NCBI RefSeq assembly: GCF_000143415.4
Contig: NW_003314280.1
Span: 1,905,549 to 1,969,548, forward strand
From: Selaginella moellendorffii
Lineage: Eukaryota > Plantae > Lycopodiophyta
Direction: 5' to 3'
Length of the DNA: 64,000 bases
The notes below the pieces were generated by a model. The model saw nothing but the letters and a program-made list of their open reading frames with translations. It had not been told where the DNA came from and ran no database searches. A program made the position numbers and the translations under genes. Below are positions 1 through 12,480 of this stretch, piece after piece (the first letter of the stretch is position 1; each line of letters begins with the position of its first letter).

Positions 1-404
1 GGCGGGCGCGGGATCGTCCTTTGCTTTTGCAAACCTGGAGAATCCTAAGTGTGACCACGAACACTGTGTGCAACGGTATGCTAGTTCCTCTAGAATATAG
101 TCCTTGATCAAGCGATGGGACATTCTGATCGATCAAATGGAAGAAGAAGATGTCAATGCGAGCCATGATTGTGGGAAATTGCGCTGCTAATCCAGCGCCG
201 CGCTGTGCTTTGGTGCGTTGTTCTTCCTCTTCTTGGCTGGCGAATCATCGATTGAGCGACATGGATCGAGCAGAGTGGTGGGTTTTCGAGTTTTTGGCCT
301 TTATCTCGCGCGCACAGTGTGTGTGTGTCAGATTAGTTTAGAAAGAAGATAGCGCGTGTTTGTTTGGTTGTGTTCTTGAGCCCAAAGCAAGAGTTTCTTT
401 AGCT

Positions 405-1019
405 ATGGCCGAGAGATATTCGCTTCTTCCTCCAAGGATCTCCTATGGCCGCGGGGTTTGGGCTCCCGCGCCGCTGGAAGCCGCGCATACATTCCTCTCC
501 AATCGCGCCAAATTGGATCCGGAAGACGATGCCTACTACAAGAAATTCATGTTCCGCAAGACAATGGTGGTGGTGGCGTGCCTCCTCGCGGCGGTGGTGG
601 TGGTGGCGCACTGGAGCACGGCTGTGAGGTTCCTCCTCTTCCTGCTACGCAGATCCAGGAGATCCAGATCGTCAGCGAGGCGGGGAAGTGGCGGAGGGCA
701 GGCGGCGGGGGAGGAGGAGGAGGAGGGCAATGAGGATCATGGAATGGTGGTGCTAGGGACATTCAAAGCGCAGCAAGAGGACGCGGATTCGCGGGCGCTC
801 CGCCCGATCCAGATGGTCCAATTCGGCAACATGGGCAGCAGCCGCGGCGGGAGTAGCGGCGAGTGTATGATTTGCTTGAGCGAATTCCACAGCAGCGAGA
901 AGATTGGGATGCTCCCGGATTGCGGCCATGGATTCCACCGCCCCTGCATTGAAATGTGGCTCTTCACGCACTCCAATTGCCCGATCTGCCGCCATAGCCT
1001 CGTGGAAGAGCAAGCCTGA
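405..1019 (+). CDS. ATL-type RING-H2 E3 ubiquitin ligase (intronless)
   Basis: Hydrophobic segment VVVACLLAAVVVVAHW and C-terminal RING-H2 CMICLSEF...LPDCGHGFHRPCIEMWLFTHSNCPIC; first ATG at 405 within ORF 360..1019. Confidence 0.85.
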   Translation: MAERYSLLPPRISYGRGVWAPAPLEAAHTFLSNRAKLDPEDDAYYKKFMFRKTMVVVACLLAAVVVVAHWSTAVRFLLFLLRRSRRSRSSARRGSGGGQAAGEEEEEGNEDHGMVVLGTFKAQQEDADSRALRPIQMVQFGNMGSSRGGSSGECMICLSEFHSSEKIGMLPDCGHGFHRPCIEMWLFTHSNCPICRHSLVEEQA

Positions 1020-1038
1020 GAGAGAGAGAGAGAGAGAG
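1019..1038. repeat. (AG)n microsatellite directly after the RING stop codon
   Basis: Uninterrupted ag repeat run seen directly. Confidence 0.9.
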
Positions 1039-1232
1039 ATCACTCTTTGGGGAAACCAAAATCCCACGATTGCATCGAATTGATGGGCTCTTGGGCAGCT
1101 CCAATTTCTCGGTTTTCTCTTGGATCGATCGAGCGACCGAAATGTCGTAACTAGAATCTGGCCGGATCTGGTTTGTTTTTCCTGGCTGTGTGTCCAAGGG
1201 AATAAATGTATTGGAAAAAAGAGGGGGATGGT

Positions 1233-1264
1233 TTAGGGTTTAAGGGGCCTGGATTCTAGGGTTT
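1233..1264 (-). promoter_or_regulatory. Telo-box(es) upstream of RRP5
   Basis: TTAGGGTTT (reverse complement AAACCCTAA) at 1233-1241, TAGGGTTT at 1257-1264, GGGCC between them; such motifs are typical of plant ribosome-biogenesis promoters. Confidence 0.5.
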
Positions 1265-1276
1265 TTAGAGAGCGCG

Positions 1277-4200
1277 ATGGCAGGAGGAGGGAAGCGCAAA
1301 TTGGAGCGCGCTGACGATGACGATGAGGAAGATTTCCCGCGAGGTGTGCCGGCTAGGGATTAGAATGGATTCTTTCTCCTCGATTAAACACTTCTATGCG
1401 CAGGAGGTAAGCAGGCATTGTCTGCCGCCGAAATCCAAGAGGCTAGAGCCGAGGCGGAGGCGGAGTTTAATCGAGAAAATGAGAATTTGGGGAAGAAAAC
1501 GAAGAAGAAGAAGAGGAAGGTGGAGGAGGATCCCGAGGAAGAAACTCTTTTGCTCTCTGGGAACGCTCGAAAATCAGTCGAGCTTTTGAAATTCAGGGTG
1601 AGAATCCATTTCTTCTTCTTTCTTCTAGCTAACTTCTCTTCTTCGTCAGAAATTATGTTCTGGAATGCGACTCTGGGGCGCTGTTTCTGGCATCAATAAG
1701 ACTGATCTTTCCATCAGCCTTCCAAATGGATTGCATGGATTTGTTAAAATAGATGAGGCATTTCCCGAGTATACTCCAGATTTGAGCGACGATAAGGTAT
1801 CTATTTTACACTCCCTTTTGATAGAGCTTGACATTTCTGTGCCAGGGAAAATGCCACCTTTTGTTGGAGGAACTATTCCATGTTGGACAGTACGTTTCCT
1901 GTACTCTCTTGAACCTGGAGGAGACGAAGGGTGATGGCGAGAAGAAGCAGCCCAGGAGAGCGGTTCTCTCGCTACTTCCTCGACATTTTAATGAAGGAAT
2001 GACGATGGACACGATCTACGTTGGACAGGTACGTAACTATCTGGATAGCAAACTCTCACACAATTTCTCTTATTTGCAGCTGATGATTTCTTCAGTGAAG
2101 AGTATCGAAGACCATGGGTATGTCTTGTCCTTCGGCTTGCCTGAGATGTCAGGTTTCCTGCTCCACAAAGATCATCAAGGTGAGAAGAAAACATTATAAC
2201 TCTACTGAAAAGCTTTCGTTTTAGGTGAGAAATTGCGTGTTGGTGAAATAATGCAAAGCTGTGTCTCTGCAATCGACAAGAAGCGTGGTGTAATCAACCT
2301 CACGACGATGCAACTATCGTCTGCTGTAAGTTTTTTCTTATGTCGGCTGTTGAGAACTTTTGTCATCGCGAACAATGTTCAGATGAAAGAGCACGAGAAC
2401 CTCTCGCTAGGAACTCTTGTTCCTGGCGCGTTGGTCAATGGATGCGTCCAAGCTGTTTTGAGAAATGGAGTACTTCTTTCCTTCCTTACATATTTTACGG
2501 GAATTGTAAGGATATTCATTCTTTAAATTTTTGAACCTTTTGACGTTGGCGTTTCAGGTGGACATTTTTCATCTGCAGAGTGTTCTTTCGAGCAAGGACT
2601 GGGCACAAGATTATACTGAAGGAAAGCGGGTAAGATTATGCTATCACTAAAAGCTGAACTGGTTTTGTGTTTTGTCAGTTTAAGGCACGCATTATATTCA
2701 TCGATGCCAGAACGAAACGCATTCGCTTGAGTTTGAGATCGCATTTAGTCGATGCCGAAATTGTCGTTCCAGTACGTTGCCTTGATGTTTAGATGATTAA
2801 GCAATAAACATGTTGGTAGTCTTTGAACAGGGGCGATGTTATTGAAGCTGCAAGGATCAAAAGGGTGGATCCAGCAATTGGTCTTCTTTTAGAGCTTCCT
2901 GCTACACCTCATGTGGCTGGTTATGTCAATGTGAGTAATTTTATTGGTCATGGGCGATGCTCAACGTTCGTCTTTTTTTTGTAGCACGCAGATGTTTCTG
3001 ACGTGAAAGTCGACAAACTAGAGAAGAAGTTCAAGGACGGCCAGCGAGTTAGAGCCCGAATAATTGGGTTCAGGCTAATGGATAGGATGGCAACTCTGAC
3101 TCTTAAGGTAGCGTTGTTCTTATGTTCTGTTTATAATAGAACGTTTTGATTTCAGGAATCCATGGTGAAGGGCGTCGTCAACAAGCTAGATTTAAAGCCC
3201 GGCGCGCTTGTTCATGGCGTAATAACGAGAGTGGAAGCATGCGGGGCCCTTGTATCTCTCGGTGGAGTGAAGGGACTCTGTCCAGTTCAGCATATGTCCG
3301 AGTATAATCGTTTAAAACCATCATCGAAGTTTGAGGTGAGCATCTTCTCAGTCTGAAAAAAACAAAAAATTGTGGGTTTTCAGGTTGGAAAAAAAATGAA
3401 GTTCCGGGTACTTCAGTATGACCATGAAAAGAAAAAACTCTCTCTAACTTTCAAAAAGAGTTTGGTATGCTTCGTATTGCTTCTTTCGAATACACTTACT
3501 TAAACCTGAGATTGCAGGTGTCATCGAAGCTGCCGCTAATAACAGCATATGAGGATGCTGTCGACGGGCTTGTAACTCATGGATGGATCCAAGGAATCAG
3601 CAACATTGGATGCTTTATGGAGTTTTACAATCATGTGAAGGGTCTTGTACACAGGTAAACATGAGGATTGTTTCTCATTACAGTTTGATTACTTCTCCTT
3701 CAGGTCCGAGTTAGGAATCGGTCCTGACACACCAATTGAAGCTGCTTTTCACGTTGGGCAAGTTGTGAAGTGTAGAGTATTGGAGTCAGATTTAAGCAAA
3801 AGAAGACTTAGATTGAGCTTTAACATGTCTTTGAGGTACAGTTGGACTTTCCTGGATGTTTGATATTCACCTTATTATTTACAGGCCAGACGTCAAGCCT
3901 GGGAGCGTGGTTTCTGCTGTTATCACACAAATGGGCAGTTCGCAAATCGAGTTACAAGTTAACGACGATATAGCCTCAACGATGTCTTATGAGCATTTAA
4001 GTGATACTCCGGGTATGTTTTCTTGTGTTTTCCCTGTTGTGAAAACGTTATCAACTTTGGTATGGTCTTGCAGTTCATGCGGAACAGATGAGATCGCTGT
4101 TGAAGCCTGGGTTTAAATTTGATCGACTGCTTGTTCTCGGTAAGACGCTTACTATATTTTTGATATGGAACGTCATGTTTTACGAACAGGTCAGGAGCAC

Positions 4201-7200
4201 TCGAAGCTGGTTTTGACGGCAAAGTACTCCCTTATTGACGCTGCTGAATCACTTCCATCATCCATTCATCAGCTTTCTCCAATGGCAGTTTTACCGGTAC
4301 AGTTATCCCATTTTTTTTCTCTTCTTTCTGACTCAAAATGCTCAGGGCTATATTTCCGTCATACATGACAAATACTGCTTGGTTAGTTTTCTGGACAATG
4401 TCACAGGCCTTGTACCCATCGGTAACGTATGTTATCTTTTACTTTTGTATCGAGTTTACATTATTTTTTCACAGGCGTCCGATGGCTACTTGGAAGATCT
4501 TTCTCAAGTTTTCTTTGTTGGTCAATCCGTACGAGCTCAAGTTTTGGAGGTACGATGTTCTTTCCTTTTTCCCAGCACAATGTTTCCAGTAATTTTGATC
4601 TTTTGGCAGGTCGATTCTGAAAATGAGAAATTTGTTTTGAGCTTGAAACAGTCTGCATGCTTCTCTACGGATGTTTCACTTATACAAGGGTACTTTCTAG
4701 AAGAGGAATTGGTATGTACATATGATAATTCGTGATGCCCATACTTATACTTTTCGGATGCAGATAGCGAAGTTGAAGGAGAAAGAAGGTCTAGATTGGG
4801 GAAATAAATTGCAAATTGGAGAACTGGTCGAGGCTGATGTTCAAGAGGTCAAAGACTATGGCATCATTCTTAATCTTAAGGACAATGCAGACGTCGTTGG
4901 CTTCGCCACACACTATCAATGTGGGTAACTCATTTCTTTTGCTGTGATTGTCTTTCTAAAACGTTTCTTTCACAGCTAATAGTCCGGTAGAGGTTGGTGC
5001 AGCGGTGAAAGCGTGTATCCTTGATGTCGTTAAAACAGACGGCATTGTCGACCTTTCTCTGCAGAAGAGAATGTTGAAATTCAAGGTATGATCAGTAAAA
5101 CGTGATTAAATAATGGTAATGCTGCCTGATACTAACAAACTCTCTCTACTCGTACCTGTTTCTCAACAGAAAACAAAGGCTGTTCTACAACTTCATCAGA
5201 GAGTAGAAGTTGTTGTGGAGCTCGTGAAGGACGAGTATCTGGTGTGTATGCTTTGTTTATCTTCTCTTGATGAGATTCTGTCCATGTGTATATTTCAGGT
5301 TTTATCACTGCCAAAATTTGAAAATTCCATTGGGTTTGCGTCGACTCGTGACTATAATATCAGAGTGCTGCGACCTCATGACCATTACAGCCCTGGACAA
5401 AAGTAAGAAGGGTTTTTTTCTGTGGAAGTGACTAACTGGTAGTTATAGATTTTCGGCAACTATTTATTCTTTCGGATCCGAGTCTGTAGGTGAAAGAACG
5501 CTTCTGCTGCTTGCGGATACGAAACCAACCTTTTTCACCTACGTGAAGAATGATATTGGTGCAAATCATCGAAGGCCAGGTTTGTTCAATTTATCTGGAA
5601 GCTTTATATTGATTCTTACCATTCTATATCAGATCCAAGAAATTTCGTCACTACATATGATCATTCAGGCCGGGATTAGTTTACGTGGAAATGTACACAT
5701 TACAGAGGTTTGTATTTGTGTGTTTCAGTCTGTCTTTAAATCCTCGATGGTCAGGTTGTCGATCAGTATGAAGAAGGGAATCCGTTAAGAAAGTACAATG
5801 CTGGGCAGACTGTTCGAGCTAAAATCCTTTCAAAACGCAAAACCAGCAGAAAGCACGGAAATGCTCCTACTTTGGATCTATCTCTACGTCCATCTGAGCT
5901 TACAGGTTTGTCTGCCCCTTGGATTGCCTTACTTTATCATGACCTGCAGGAAACGACTCTGCACGCTCAGTCATCACTTTCGAGACCGTAACCATTGGCC
6001 AGACGGTTGTCGGATACGTCCAGGAAGTGAAAGAAAGTTGGGCATGGTTAGTCTTGTCACCCCATCTGAGGGGCCGCCTTTTTATCCTGGACTCTTCTGA
6101 CGATCCCTCGGAGCTTGAGCGTTTCCAAGAGCGCTTCAAAGTCGGTGATGCCTTCCAGTGCCATATAAGAAGTGTTAACCACGAAAAGAAGCAAGTGGAT
6201 TTGTCACTGCGGCCAAAAGACGAAGATTTCAAGAAGGGCGACCTGTTAGGCGGACGCATTACACGAGTTCGTCCTGGTGATGGCGGGCTTACGGTGCAAG
6301 TCGGCTGGGAAACTTTCGGGAGAGTTCACGTAACGCACCTGGGTGATACGTGGATGGATGACCCAGCCAGTCTATTCACAGAGGGAAAGTTCGTAAGGTG
6401 CAGGGTTTTGGATTTGAAGCCAACATTGAAGGGGACGAAGTCCTTGGAACTTTCATTGAGACCATCGCTCGGTGGACATGGTGGTTTTGAGTCGCTTCCG
6501 AGCTATCAAACGCTTGAAAGGTAAACCGAGCTTTACATTTATCGTACTGCAACACTGACTCGGACTTTGTATTTCAGAAAGTCCAACGCTTGCATTGTCA
6601 ATTCCGTGTCGGAGCTTCAGCAAGATATGCAAGTGCAAGTAAGCCGCGTATGCATGCAGCGTGGTTGTGACCCATTTTTGTATCGCAGGGTTTTGTCAAG
6701 GATCTGACGGAGAAAGGCTGCTTTGTGATCCTGTCACCTTCAGTCGACGCTAGGATTCTTTTGAAGAACTTATCGAGCTCGTTTGTCCAAAACCCCGCAG
6801 AAATGTTTCCCGCAGGCAAGCTGGTATCGGGAAGGTAAGAGCTATTCTCTTTATGAAAGTGGTTGCTGATGTCTCTCTTTCAGAATTCTAAGCGTTCGGC
6901 CCTTGTCTGGGCACGTTGAAATGTCATTGACAACATCACAAGAATCAAGTAGCTGGAAGACTTTTTGCGCTGGTGATATCGTTAGTGGCCGCATACGCAG
7001 CATCGAAGCATTCGGGATGTTCGTCGCCCTTGCCGACAGCGATGGTGTAAGCTGCACAGTCGGTCTTTATCTTGCTGGCAAATTCTTATTCTGAGTTTCA
7101 GGTTGGCTTGTGTCATGTCTCCGAAGTATCTGATGATTTTATTCAAGACTTGCCAACACTTTATAAAGTCGGCCAACGGGTACAAGTAAAAATCCTGAAG

Positions 7201-8760
7201 GTGAGCTAGAAGCTGTTAGTGAAACTACGGCTTTATGATATCTCTTTATCCAGGTTGACGCGGAAACCAAACGTATTTCCCTTGGAATGAAAGCGTCGTA
7301 TCTGACCCCTGACGATGGCCTCGAGACGATGGACGAAGAACCTGTAGCCGAAGAGCCTTCGACTGCGAACGTGCTTATGGAAACTGACGAAAAGGAGGAG
7401 GACTACTTGGATCTGGACACCGAGGCGACTCCTATGGCTACGGATGTCGATCCACTGGAAGTCAATCTCGAAGAAGACGTTGAGGACAAAGTGCCAGTAG
7501 AAGACGAGAAGCCTCTCACAGCGGAAGAGAGCAAGAAAAAGACCAAGAAGGAGAAGAAGCGCTTGAAAGAGCAGAGGTATGGTTTCTGGTTTGTATTTAC
7601 TTGTCTCATGTGACTTTTTTAAACAGGGAGGCTGCCGTTCGAGCAGCAGAAGAGAAATTCTTACAGAAGGACCAGCCTCCAGAAACCGAAGACGACTTTG
7701 AAAGGCTTGTAGCAGCATCGCCAAACAGTAGCTACGTGTGGATCAAATACATGGCTTACTGGTTGCGTCTCGCGGACCCGGACAAAGCGCGAGCAGTGGC
7801 TGACAGGTAACACTCGCGTTCGACTTCCTTCTTAGGTGCTACAACGCGAGCTGTTTCGTTTTTGTACAGGGCTTTGGAGACGATAAACTACCGAGAAGAG
7901 ATGGAAAAGATGAACATATGGACGGCTTACATCAACCTGGAAAACTCGTATGCACCCTCTCCTCGGGTAATGTCACGGCTTCCATTCCAGAGATTGGAAA
8001 GACTAAGCAATTTTCCTCCAGGAGGCCGTGTCTGCACTTTTCGAAAGAGCGATGAAGTACTGTGATCCCAAAAAGCTTCACTTGTCCCTGCTTGGCGTCT
8101 ACGAGAGCACAAACCAGCACGAAATGACTGACGCGCTGATGAAATCGATGACACGCAAGTTTAAAACCTCTACCAAGGTTTGTGATGATTGTTTTGTTCT
8201 ATCAACTTTTAGCTCTTACATTGTCTCTCCCAGGTGTGGCTGAGGCATGTAAGCAACTTGCTAGGCCGAGGGCTGAGCGACAAAGCACGCAAAGCCTTTG
8301 AGCAAGCATGCGTCGCTCTCCCTCGCCACAAGCACATCAAGTTCATCTCGCGAGCCGCCATCCTCGAGTTCAAGTCGGGCTCGCCAGAGCGAGCGCGCGA
8401 GATCTTCGATGGCGTCCTTCGCAACTATCCCAAGAAGACAGACCTCTGGAGCGTATACTTGGACCAGGCAAGAACAATCACTTCCTCTCGCATGTATCCA
8501 ACTCGTTTGTTTTCTTTCCAGGAAATTCGACTAGGAGACACTGCAATCGTCAGGAACTTGTTCGAGAGAGCTACGTGCCTGGATTTACCAGCAAAGAAGA
8601 TGAAGGTAGAAAACAGCTTTTCATTCTCTCTAGCTCACACCTTGGCTTCCAGTTCCTCTTCAAAAAGTATCTAGACTTCGAGAAAGGCCAGGGCGACGAG
8701 ACCCGGATCGAGCACGTAAAAACGAAAGCTATGGAGTTCGTAGAGGCTAAGGCCGGATAG
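1277..8760 (+). CDS. RRP5: rRNA biogenesis protein RRP5 (tandem S1 domains + C-terminal HAT/TPR repeats), many short introns
   Basis: N-term EEDFPRG; S1 repeats (VKSIEDHGY, VTHGWIQGISNIGCFMEFYNHVKG, IRSIEAFGMFV); FERLVAASPNSSYVWIKYMA, ALETINYREEMEKMNIW, DLWSVYLDQ|EIRLGD, KKYLDFEKGQGDE; ~45-60 bp introns. Confidence 0.95.
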
Positions 8761-8866
8761 TCAGAGTAGCAGTAAGTATCTATCTATTGATCGATCGATC
8801 CACACAGACTTCCTTCCAAGAAGAACGAGAAGCTTGGATGGAAGTTTTTGTAGCAATGAACCGGCT

Positions 8867-9256
8867 CTAGTTCCCAGCTTTGCTCTTGCGCAGCCGCTCG
8901 TATTCTCTCTTCGTCTTGTCCACCGCCATGTACATTGCCGTGAACAGCTCGCGGTGCTGCTCGAACTCCACCCCGGCGATCTTCCCCTCTTGGGTCGCCA
9001 TCGCCTCGCGGAGCCTGTCCGCCAGCGCCGCTCTCTCGGCCAGGAGCTTCTCCCTCTCGCGCCGCAGCTCCTCCACCTTCTCGCCGTTCCTCCTCGCTTC
9101 CATCTCCTTGATCTCCCGCTTGTACCGCTCCGCTCTCTCCTGGCGAGCGAGCACCTCTCGCTTCATGCGCACTAGCTCCAGCTTCACCCTGGCAATCTCA
9201 TCTTCGACCTCGTCCTCGACGAGTGGCTTCCTGGCATACACCCTGGCCCTGCTCAT
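8867..9256 (-). CDS. Small charged coiled-coil protein, function unknown
   Basis: 129-aa ATG-initiated E/R/K-rich heptad ORF, GC-rich, preceded by a well-formed 47-bp intron (9338..9292). Confidence 0.55.
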   Translation of the reverse strand: MSRARVYARKPLVEDEVEDEIARVKLELVRMKREVLARQERAERYKREIKEMEARRNGEKVEELRREREKLLAERAALADRLREAMATQEGKIAGVEFEQHRELFTAMYMAVDKTKREYERLRKSKAGN

Positions 9257-9378
9257 TGTTCTTTTGGATCTTCTTGTCGCTTGGATGTCGTCTGCAAAGC
9301 CCAGAAAGCTTAGTCGAAGAGAAAGAGGAAAAACTCACCGCTAACTAGGCTAAATGCTCTTTGCCCTTAAGTCGTGTT

Positions 9379-11401
9379 CTAACACGAACATCTTGGGGGC
9401 TCTAACTTGCCGCTACACGTCCCAAAACCAACTAGATATCCATCGCCCTGTGAAGTGCTGTGTTAGTCATTGCAGTATCTGGAGTACGTCGTTTCTACCT
9501 TGCACTGGCCGCTTATTACCACTTCATCCCCGTCTTCCAGAAACTTTCGGCTGCCACCATTCTCTAGAGCCACTTGTTCGCGGCCGCCCCACGACTGTTC
9601 CAGGAGACAACCGAGGCTTCCTTGTTCCTGCCATTGGTTGATCAGTCTCTCTTCAGTAATGACGCTAACTTCAGCAACTTTCATTACCGGACCACTTATA
9701 GTTCCTGACGCGAGGAGATCGCCCGGTCGGAGGTTGCAACCATTGACAGTGTGGTGAGCAAGTTGCTGCCCCAGCGTCCAGTACCTTCGGCAGCAAACTT
9801 GTGAGCTTTGATTGCAGTTTGTCGCACACTTACAGATGCTTGAAGTTGCTTCGGCAGATGGTTGATCCTTTCGGGTCCCCGTCCGGTTTTATGGTAACCT
9901 GGTATCATCAACTCGTCTTGCGCAGCTCACGCGAACTAATCAAGGTACCTCGAGTGCAATGTCATAGCTTTTTCCCTGAGGCTCTTTCAGATATGGCAAT
10001 GGTGGAGGATCCTGTAATGGTGACAGTTACGATACATTACCGTGTAGAAGTACTGGATTACCTGTGCAGGTGGGTTGCAGATAAACGGCTCCAAAGCTTC
10101 CAAAGTTACAATCCATGGAGATATTGTTGTTGCTGGAAAGAGCTTTGTTACGTAAAGACAGAACCAGAAATTCATGGAAGTACCAAAGCTTTTCCCCAGA
10201 AACGGGCCAAGAGGTATCGCCTCCCACCTTTGTATATCTCTAGCTGTTCGATCGAAACTGTTAATTTGTTTGCAGGAAGATGAACGAAGGTTGTTGCATA
10301 CTTACCACTCCAGTCGTTCATCAAAACCAGGCCAAAAATGTGATCGTAGGCGGATTCCACAGGAATTTGCGTTCCTAGTTCGTTTCCTGGGCCAACAAAC
10401 ATGGCCTGACAGACAGCCCGTTAACTAGAAAAATCCACTGTAAAGTTTCCTTTGACATACCATTTCGAGCTCAAAGTCGAGAAGACTAGAAGGCTTAAAT
10501 GCCGGAGAGGACGATCCAGCTGCTGGAGCTACCTGGCCACTGCAAAACATAACTTCTATCAATTCCGTGTGCGATGAAACCGATCGAAAACCAATCTTAT
10601 CCTCACCAGGGTCTAGTGATTGGGTGGCCAGAGGTCACTATCGACGAAGAACGTCCGTGATACGCAATTGGTACATGTAGCCTGCCAATGATACCTTTGC
10701 TTAGAATGACGTGAACTCTAATCCTTTGCGAAAAGCGTACCAGTTGTCCGGAAGAGCATCCACGCCCCGGAATATTTTGCCGCAATTGAGGGCGTGATGC
10801 TTCGAGGAGAAAAAGTCTGTGTAGTCACCAATTACCGCTGGCAACTCCATCTTCACTTCGTTCTGCCACAAAGGAAAGAATGTGACGAGCATGATTCATA
10901 AACAACGCAAGAAATTTTTCTCTAGCTACCAATGGAAAGAATGCCTTCTTCCGTAGATCGGTGTTGTCTCGGAGAGCTGGCTCGTCCGCTAGACATACGT
11001 AACAGTAGCAATCAATGCTCCATGAAAATCCTACCAAGATATTCGAGAGCTTACCGGATAAGAGCTTTTGGACGGTGCCCCGTGCTTCTTTCCAGGCCGC
11101 TCGTCCCATAGCCATAAAGCGATTGAGGGAAGTCTGGAAAACGAGCAAATCACCCGGCGATGCGAAAAATCTTTGCTAGTACCTGGTGGAAGCAATCCGA
11201 ATCGCGCAGCAATGGCCCCGTGAACAATCCCGCCGCCGCGATAGCGCTCAGATCCAGCACCTGCTCGCCAATCGCGACTCCGGGCCTCGGCGTGGCATCC
11301 GATCGCGAGCTAAACACCCCATACGGCAGATTATGGATCGAGAAGTGGGAATCGGGGGCGACCGGGACGAATGTGGCGATCGGCGACGGCGATGGCGCCA
11401 T
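9379..11401 (-). CDS. FAH: Fumarylacetoacetase, multi-exon
   Basis: [81 protein letters not shown]; last exon [22 protein letters not shown] with stop at 9379-9381. Confidence 0.95.
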
Positions 11402-11649
11402 TTCTTCCTCCTCTTTCCTAGCTGGGAAGAGTGAAATATTTCTCTCGATACCCTGGAGAAAATATACCCCAGGATCAAATCCAACGGACGAGAGTCAAGA
11501 GACGACATGGGCCGTTCGATCTAAAATCACACACATTAAAGGAAGTGGCCGAGATAGATTATCACGCGGTCGCAAGTCGCAATGCTATATACATTCTACC
11601 AAAACTTTCTAGAACAATTTCAAAGAGGAAACAAAGAGACTAGCTTCGT

Positions 11650-11677
11650 GCGAGCGAGCGAGCGAGCGAGCGAGCGA
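11650..11677. repeat. (GCGA)n tetranucleotide microsatellite
   Basis: gcgagcgagcgagcgagcgagcgagcga seen directly. Confidence 0.85.
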
Positions 11678-11690
11678 TGGATGGATGAAT

Positions 11691-12449
11691 TCAAAGATCC
11701 CACTTCTTCTCCAACGCGTCCATCCTCGCGGCGAGATCCTTGCACGCCAGCTTGAGCGATTGAAACCTCTGGCGACGAGCTTGAGCTTGGAGCTGGGCGA
11801 TCGGTGGAGGCGGCGGCTCCATCACCTGGATAGGAGCTGGCATCAGCGGAGGCCGACCGGGCTTGCGCTTGAGAGGCATGGGCAGATGACAATAATCCAT
11901 CTCTCCGGGCTTGCGCATGGCCAGATAACGAAAATCCATCTCTGGAGCTTGCCTCGGAGGGCGACCAGGCTTGCGCTTGAGAGGCATGGCCTGATCACGA
12001 AAATCCATCTCTGGAGCTTGCCTGGGAGGGCGCCCGGGCTTGCGCTTGGCCTCGCGTGGAACCATCTCTGGAGCTGGATGCCTGCGAGGCCGCCCGCGCT
12101 TGCGCTTTGGAGGCGTGGTGGCCTCGAGAGAAACCATCTCTGGCATCGCCGCCGCGGGAGGATCGGGAGAGGGATCAGGACGCTTCCTCCGGGAGAATGC
12201 TTGCATTACCTTCGGCCTCGGCGCTGGGATCTCGGCCTGCGGTGCCGCCTCGATCTGGAGCAGCATTTCCTGCCTTACCCGCTGGGCCGCCTGGGCGTGC
12301 CATTCCTCCAGCTCCGGCTTGGGGCTCGCGGAGGAAGATGGATCTTTCTTGAGCAGCGATGGCGCGCGATTGTGAATCGGAAAAGCCGGCAGCGCGATGA
12401 TCGCTTTCCTGGCGGGAATCACTTGCGGCAGCGGAGGAGAGAGAGCCAT
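11691..12449 (-). CDS. Pro-rich protein with tandem AT-hook-like motifs and a C-terminal coiled coil
   Basis: KRKRGRPRR, KRKPGRPPR x2, KRKPGRPPL in ~24-aa repeats; probable ATG (MALSPP) at 12449. Confidence 0.65.
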   Translation of the reverse strand: MALSPPLPQVIPARKAIIALPAFPIHNRAPSLLKKDPSSSASPKPELEEWHAQAAQRVRQEMLLQIEAAPQAEIPAPRPKVMQAFSRRKRPDPSPDPPAAAMPEMVSLEATTPPKRKRGRPRRHPAPEMVPREAKRKPGRPPRQAPEMDFRDQAMPLKRKPGRPPRQAPEMDFRYLAMRKPGEMDYCHLPMPLKRKPGRPPLMPAPIQVMEPPPPPIAQLQAQARRQRFQSLKLACKDLAARMDALEKKWDL

Positions 12450-12480
12450 TTCTCCGCTTTGAAATAAAAACTTAAACCTG

